A stretch of DNA of 64,000 nt from Gammaproteobacteria bacterium (GTDB lineage: Bacteria > Pseudomonadota > Gammaproteobacteria > UBA4575), in contig CP046178.1 in NCBI GenBank assembly GCA_014075255.1, positions 705,616 through 769,615 of the forward strand, written 5' to 3'. Shown in pieces: positions 58,637-64,000 of this stretch. Made by a program: the position numbers and the translations under genes. The notes under the pieces were generated by a model. The model was not told the DNA's origin. It worked only from the letters and a program-made list of their open reading frames with translations, and searched no databases. Numbering within the stretch: the stretch's first letter is position 1; each line of letters opens with the position of its first letter.

Positions 58637-59041
58637 CTAGTCAGGTTTAATAGCGTACCGTCCGCTACCGATTAACATTATCACTAAACTGATTAATAAA
58701 TAGAAAGCTTGAAGCTCTAATCTCCAACCGCCATGTTCTGTCAAACTTAACAGATCATTCATATGCACCAAGCCGATGGCTAGTAGCATATTTATAAATA
58801 TTAGAAATCCACCAAATCGCGAATAAATCCCCAAGATAATTAGTAATGGCGCAACAATTTCACCTACATATACGCCATAAGCAAAAATGGGGTGCATTCC
58901 TACTCCTTCAAGCTGGTTTTTAATAAAACCAAGTGCTTGCAAATCAACCAGTTTTGCCACGCCATGAAACAACATTAGCATACCAAGTGTGACCCTCAGG
59001 ATAAACTTGGCTAGGTCTTCGGTTCGATAAATGCTACTCAT
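58637..59041 (-). CDS. DoxX family membrane protein
   Basis: LR..LG.LMLFHG..K; GSGRYA. Confidence 0.88.
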   Translation of the reverse strand: MSSIYRTEDLAKFILRVTLGMLMLFHGVAKLVDLQALGFIKNQLEGVGMHPIFAYGVYVGEIVAPLLIILGIYSRFGGFLIFINMLLAIGLVHMNDLLSLTEHGGWRLELQAFYLLISLVIMLIGSGRYAIKPD

Positions 59042-59253
59042 AGGTACCTTAATAATTGCAGTTAATATTCGAATGATCTTTAGTATACAATTCTAAAATT
59101 CGTCATCAATTTATTAGATCTTATCGCTTTTTAAGTTCCACACATATCGACACATTATAATAGCCACTAACTAGGCTTGGAACATAAAACTACTTGTATG
59201 GTTCTGGGTCTATATCTTTATCAATCTAAAATAATGCTTAAATTATAATAAAA

Positions 59254-59790
59254 ATGAAAATACTCGTCAGAACAACCCTATTTAGATCAACTATATTGCT
59301 TTTCCTTTTATCGATTAGCGGTATTTTCTCGACCAATCTATGGGCAAAAGACCCTGCTAGAGTGATTGCTGGGTGGGTAGAAAAAGTGAGGATCGAAAAT
59401 CAAGAATTTGATGTGAAAGCTAAATTAGATACCGGTGCACGAACCTCTTCCATAAATGCTCGAGATATAAAGTCTTTCAAAAAAGATGATGGGCAACGCT
59501 GGGTACAATTTACTCTGATATTAATTGACAGCAAAGATAATAAACATGAAATACAAATGGAAAAACAACGTTCACGCCGTACCAACATTAAGAACCATAA
59601 TGGTGAGCATGATAAACGACATGTAGTAGATATAGAACTATGCTTTAACGGTCGAAAAATAATTACCGAATTCACTTTAGCTGATCGTCGAGAATATATT
59701 TACGATATACTTTTAGGTAGACAATTTTTGAAAAAAACGGCAATTGTTGACCCAAAACGAATTTTTATGACCACCCCAACATGCGAATAA
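59254..59790 (+). CDS. RimK-associated retropepsin-like protease ('ATP-dependent Zn protease' family)
   Basis: GWVE, AKLDTGARTSSI, EFTLADR, LLGR.FL. Confidence 0.88.
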   Translation: MKILVRTTLFRSTILLFLLSISGIFSTNLWAKDPARVIAGWVEKVRIENQEFDVKAKLDTGARTSSINARDIKSFKKDDGQRWVQFTLILIDSKDNKHEIQMEKQRSRRTNIKNHNGEHDKRHVVDIELCFNGRKIITEFTLADRREYIYDILLGRQFLKKTAIVDPKRIFMTTPTCE

Positions 59791-59857
59791 AACATTATAG
59801 CCAACAAGCTTCATAAAGCTTAAATGTTACATTCATCCTTACAATTTCTATACACAA

Positions 59858-61381
59858 ATGCATAAATTAGCAGTTCGTTTTTGGTCAATAATATTTATTG
59901 CTATTGGGTTAGCTATTTTCGCGCATAAAGTTTTTCAGTTGGGGATGCCTATCACCCCAGACGCTACAGCTGAAACCTGGACGATACAAGCGCGCTTAGC
60001 TTTTACTGGCAATGGCAGAAACATTAAAGCTTCTATGTCTATACCCAACATAACTCCGGGATATATTAAAATTGATGAACATTACATCTCGGGAGATTTT
60101 GGACTTAATGCAAAAGTAAGTGGCGATAATAAAACGGCAGAATGGGCAAAACGCAAAGCAAGAGGCCAACAAACACTTTATTACCGCACAACCCTAACAC
60201 GCTCGAAGGTCGCTACAAATTGGACAGAAGTTCCAGTTTACCCTAAAGCACCAGAATTCTTTGAACCGTATTCAACAGCAGTTGATAAAATAATTGAAGA
60301 TGTTAGAAGTCAATCTGCCGACACAGCTTCATTTACATATGAGTTAATTGCTCAGCTGCGCTCTTCCAGTGGTAATGAAAATATCGCGCTGATAAAAGAT
60401 TTAGCTAGAACAGACGAACAGTTTGCAAATTTGATTACTAAACTTCTTTCAGTAGCACACATCCCCACACGCAAGCTTTGGATAGTCGAACTTACAGATG
60501 CTGCAAATGACATCATTCCGCAAATTTTGATACAAGCTTACAATGGTGAGAGATGGCTCACTTTCAATCCTAAATCAGGTGTATCAGGCATCCCTGCAAA
60601 TCATTTGATATGGAAAATTGGCAGCGGCCCCCTCTACAAACTAAAAGGTGGAGATGCAGCTGAAATAAAATTTTCCGCAACCAGATCTTTTATTGAGTTA
60701 CTTGAAGTGGCCAAACTAGCTGCTAAAGAAAAAGGCTCTGTTTTAGGAAAATTTACTTTATTTTCACTGCCTGTCCATAGCCAGAACACTTTTAGCTTGA
60801 TCTTAATGGTGCCACTAGGCGCCGTACTCGTAGTATTTATGAGAACGTTTATCGGCGTGCAAACTTTTGGAACGTTCATGCCGATTTTGATTGCAGTAGC
60901 ATTTCGTGAAACGCAATTGTTATGGGGCATAGTTCTGTTTACCGTAATTGTATTTGTCGGATTGCTGATACGTTTGTATTTAGAGAGACTACGCTTGCTA
61001 CTAATACCAAGACTCGCTGCGATATTAGTTATCGTTGTTATATTGATGTTGCTGATTAGTTTTACCACGAGCCAATTAGGATTAGATCGCCTATTATCAA
61101 TTTCGTTATTTCCCATGGTGATTCTTGCAATGACCATTGAGCGTATGTCAATAACCTGGGAAGAAAATGGTGGACAAACTGCAATAATTCAAGGTTTAGG
61201 CAGTCTGCTAGTTGCCTGTCTTGGTTATTTAATCATGACCAACCAACATTTAAATTATTTAATGTTTGCATTCCCTGAATTTCTTCTTGCCATTTTGGGC
61301 ATATGCATCTGGATGGGACGTTACACAGGTTATCGTGTTAGCGAATTATTTAGATTTCGCGACATTAAAACTTCAACATAA
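59858..61381 (+). CDS. Inactive transglutaminase fused to a 7-TM domain
   Basis: G.QTFGTFMP.LIA.AF, LFPMVIL.MTIER, FPE, GRYTGYR. Confidence 0.88.
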   Translation: MHKLAVRFWSIIFIAIGLAIFAHKVFQLGMPITPDATAETWTIQARLAFTGNGRNIKASMSIPNITPGYIKIDEHYISGDFGLNAKVSGDNKTAEWAKRKARGQQTLYYRTTLTRSKVATNWTEVPVYPKAPEFFEPYSTAVDKIIEDVRSQSADTASFTYELIAQLRSSSGNENIALIKDLARTDEQFANLITKLLSVAHIPTRKLWIVELTDAANDIIPQILIQAYNGERWLTFNPKSGVSGIPANHLIWKIGSGPLYKLKGGDAAEIKFSATRSFIELLEVAKLAAKEKGSVLGKFTLFSLPVHSQNTFSLILMVPLGAVLVVFMRTFIGVQTFGTFMPILIAVAFRETQLLWGIVLFTVIVFVGLLIRLYLERLRLLLIPRLAAILVIVVILMLLISFTTSQLGLDRLLSISLFPMVILAMTIERMSITWEENGGQTAIIQGLGSLLVACLGYLIMTNQHLNYLMFAFPEFLLAILGICIWMGRYTGYRVSELFRFRDIKTST

Positions 61382-61387
61382 CGAGCC

Positions 61388-62332
61388 ATGCCCAGCTTTG
61401 TAAGTCCATTACGTTTAAGAGACAAAGGCGTACTTGGTATGAATCAACGCAATAGTGACTTCATTATGCGTTACAACAAGAGAAAACTTTATCCTCTTGT
61501 AGATGGCAAACTGCAAACCAAACAACTTGCAATAAATGCGGGTATAGCTGTACCAAAGCTTTACTCAACAATAAAATATAATCATCAACTAAAAAAGTTA
61601 GAAACACTTTTAGAAGAACATAATGATCTAGTGATTAAACCTGCACATGGTAGCGGTGGTAGTGGCATATTGGTGCTCTCAGGAAAAGTTGGAAAATTAT
61701 ATAAAACCCCTAGCGGCGACTTGATGAGTTCAAATGCCATTAGGCATTACATCTCTAATATTTTATCGGGCATGTACAGTTTAGGCGGAGTGCCTGATCA
61801 TGCTTTTTTTGAATATCGAATTAAATTTGATCCCATTTTTAATCAAGTCAGTTTTAAAGGTGTACCGGATATTCGCATCATTGTATTTCGCGGCGTACCT
61901 GTTTCAGCGATGGTTCGATTACCTACCAGCGATTCAAACGGTAAAGCAAACTTACACCAAGGCGCGATTGGCGTGGGTGTAAATTTGGAAACGGGGTGCA
62001 CGACTCATGGTGTAATAGGAAATACCGCCACAATACTTCATCCTGATACCGGACATTCCATTCAAGGCCTGCAGTTGCCACGCTGGAAAAAGATCTTGCA
62101 AATTGCAGTTAAATGCTCAGATACCGTGGGTTTAGGCTATTTAGGTGTTGATATCGTCTTAGACCGCACGTTGGGCCCGCTTATGCTTGAATTGAATGCC
62201 CGTCCAGGATTGAATGTCCAACTAGCCAATCAACGTGGATTGCTAGCTAATTTAAACACTATTGAGAATTTGGAAAAAATACCTTCTGAAGTAGATCAAC
62301 GCGTAGCCTTCGCACAAGCATTAAATCAATAA
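61388..62332 (+). CDS. Alpha-L-glutamate ligase-like ATP-grasp protein
   Basis: LGMN.RN, KPAHGSGG.GI, GKANLHQGA, LELNARPGL. Confidence 0.9.
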   Translation: MPSFVSPLRLRDKGVLGMNQRNSDFIMRYNKRKLYPLVDGKLQTKQLAINAGIAVPKLYSTIKYNHQLKKLETLLEEHNDLVIKPAHGSGGSGILVLSGKVGKLYKTPSGDLMSSNAIRHYISNILSGMYSLGGVPDHAFFEYRIKFDPIFNQVSFKGVPDIRIIVFRGVPVSAMVRLPTSDSNGKANLHQGAIGVGVNLETGCTTHGVIGNTATILHPDTGHSIQGLQLPRWKKILQIAVKCSDTVGLGYLGVDIVLDRTLGPLMLELNARPGLNVQLANQRGLLANLNTIENLEKIPSEVDQRVAFAQALNQ

Positions 62333-62358
62333 CTGGAAGAAATACTCAATCATTCTAT

Positions 62359-63720
62359 ATGTCTTCTAACTTCTTCAAATCCATCGCAGCGTTATTTTTA
62401 GTTATTATTCAGCTTAATATTGTTAGTTTTGCTGATGAGCTACAAATCAAGAATGGAGATAACCTAGCAAATGACAAGCAAAGAGAAGAACCAGCTATAG
62501 ATAAAAAAGAATCCGAAGAAGTAAAAGTAGCACCTAACCTTGATCTTAAAGAAGTTGCACCTCCACCCGAGCCAGTAGTAATTACGCCTAAAGCCGAAGA
62601 GAATGATACAAAAACTAATAATGTAGAAACTTCGAACGAAGCAGAAGTTGCAGAAGAAGACTCATACCCCAGTGCGACCGCTGTAAAAGAAAAACCTGAA
62701 CGCAAAAAGTTAGTCATCTTAGGCGCTGAAGTTCCACCGGGCACTTCAACACGTCTCGCATGGTCCCCACAAGTCAGCATATCTGGATTAGCATTACCCA
62801 CACCTGTATTAGTAATTAATGGTGCAAACCCTGGCCCTACTCTATGTCTTACCGGCGCAATTCATGGTGATGAATTAAACGGAATCGAAGTGGTTCGTCG
62901 CGTGATGTATGACATATCGCCTGAAGAATTTAATGGCACACTCATTGGTATACCGATTGTTAATCTTCAAGGCTTTCAACGTGGTTCACGATATTTATCA
63001 GATCGACGTGATTTAAATCGTTATTTCCCAGGCGAAGCAAATGGTAGTTTAGCTTCTAGAATTGCAAGTTCACTATTTAATGAAGTCATCAGCCATTGTG
63101 AATATTTAATTGACTTACATACCGGTTCTTTACGCAGAACAAATCTTCCACAGATTCGCGCCAATATGAACAACCCTAATGTTGCAAAGTTTGTAGAAGG
63201 TTTTGACAAAATTGCGGTAGTTCATCATAGCGGCAATCAAGGCATGTTACGTACTGCCGCAAACAATGCAGGAATTATTGCAATAACAATGGAACTCGGT
63301 GAATCCTTGCGCATTCAAGAAAATCAAATTCTTGCAGGCACTCATAGCGTGAATAGCTTACTCGATAAATTTGAAATGTACCCTCGTGTATTTATCTGGG
63401 GCGATCCTAAACCAGCTTATTATAAATCGACATGGATTCGTGTTGAAAGTGGCGGCATCTTATTCAGCAAGATGGGCTTAGGTGATAATGTTTCAGTCGG
63501 TGATGTACTAGGAATCGTTACTGATCCCATCACAAATCAAAGCGCCGATTTAGCAGCCCCCATCAAAGGTCACATTATCGGCATGGCAGTAAATCAAGTC
63601 GTAATGCCGGGCTTTGCTGCGTATCACATCGGTATAGAATCCAATCAAGAAGATATGACCATAACTGAAGAGGAATCACAGTTGGATGTGAATCCTAATG
63701 ATGAACTAGATCCTGAATAA
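62359..63720 (+). CDS. Succinylglutamate desuccinylase / aspartoacylase (M14) family exported protein
   Basis: AIHGDELNG, DLNRYFPG, DLHTG; signal peptide + acidic linker. Confidence 0.88.
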   Translation: MSSNFFKSIAALFLVIIQLNIVSFADELQIKNGDNLANDKQREEPAIDKKESEEVKVAPNLDLKEVAPPPEPVVITPKAEENDTKTNNVETSNEAEVAEEDSYPSATAVKEKPERKKLVILGAEVPPGTSTRLAWSPQVSISGLALPTPVLVINGANPGPTLCLTGAIHGDELNGIEVVRRVMYDISPEEFNGTLIGIPIVNLQGFQRGSRYLSDRRDLNRYFPGEANGSLASRIASSLFNEVISHCEYLIDLHTGSLRRTNLPQIRANMNNPNVAKFVEGFDKIAVVHHSGNQGMLRTAANNAGIIAITMELGESLRIQENQILAGTHSVNSLLDKFEMYPRVFIWGDPKPAYYKSTWIRVESGGILFSKMGLGDNVSVGDVLGIVTDPITNQSADLAAPIKGHIIGMAVNQVVMPGFAAYHIGIESNQEDMTITEEESQLDVNPNDELDPE

Positions 63721-64000
63721 CCTCTGCTATTGTTCAACTATAGATATATATTTATCCACAAAGTTTAGCCAGAATCGCAGCTAGAAATACTAATACTATT
63801 TGTTAGGAATAGTCAGTTACGCATAGCTACCCTACAGCACCTCTTTTAGAACACTGCTACCAGCTTAGCTAGCAATAGCACAGACGCTTCAAACCAGCCT
63901 CTGCAAAATATCTTTTATTATGATTACTTCAGGTCTTAGCGATGGATTCCAATACAATCACTTCATTTAGGCACTTAGCACTGAAAGATACTCTGCTAAA

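Noticed and set aside
478-63209. Many 60-170 aa ORFs antisense or out of frame within long genes (e.g. 641-868, 38798-39157, 60634-61137, 62409-62801)
   Set aside because: They are shadows of well-supported genes, with no motifs or RBS.
63721-64000. Possible gene fragment at the right edge
   Set aside because: Only very short open frames; cannot be supported.

Overview
AT-rich (about 38% GC by eye) chromosomal segment, most consistent with a marine gammaproteobacterium. I see no rRNA, tRNA, CRISPR array, transposase or integrase. From left to right: (1) a DUF1289 gene and a class V aminotransferase; (2) two tandem zinc-uptake operons (zrgABCD-like; outer-membrane barrel + ZnuA/ZnuB-like), each opened by a Zur-type palindrome sitting 7 nt before a paralogous 107-aa CxxC...QAPP leader ORF (DUF2946/CruR-like arrest-peptide candidate, the strongest lead here); (3) an accessory patch with lipoproteins, a thermonuclease, a MerR/beta-barrel fusion with its own 19-bp-spacer promoter, YHS and a frameshifted DUF899; (4) a sugar-type ABC transporter with a TorT-family binding protein, flanked by two EutQ-like cupins and a divergent GAF-LuxR regulator; (5) a diheme peroxidase and small genes; (6) a CARNMT1-like methyltransferase and a three-gene heme/LamG/Tat operon; (7) mostly housekeeping and envelope genes (nfeD-qmcA, mlaC, hinT, ppk2, ackA-pta, cfa, Lpp/OprI + L,D-transpeptidase, bioA, thiolase/FadJ-like, and an ATP-grasp/7TM-transglutaminase operon). 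All family calls come from motif recognition by eye, not from database searches.
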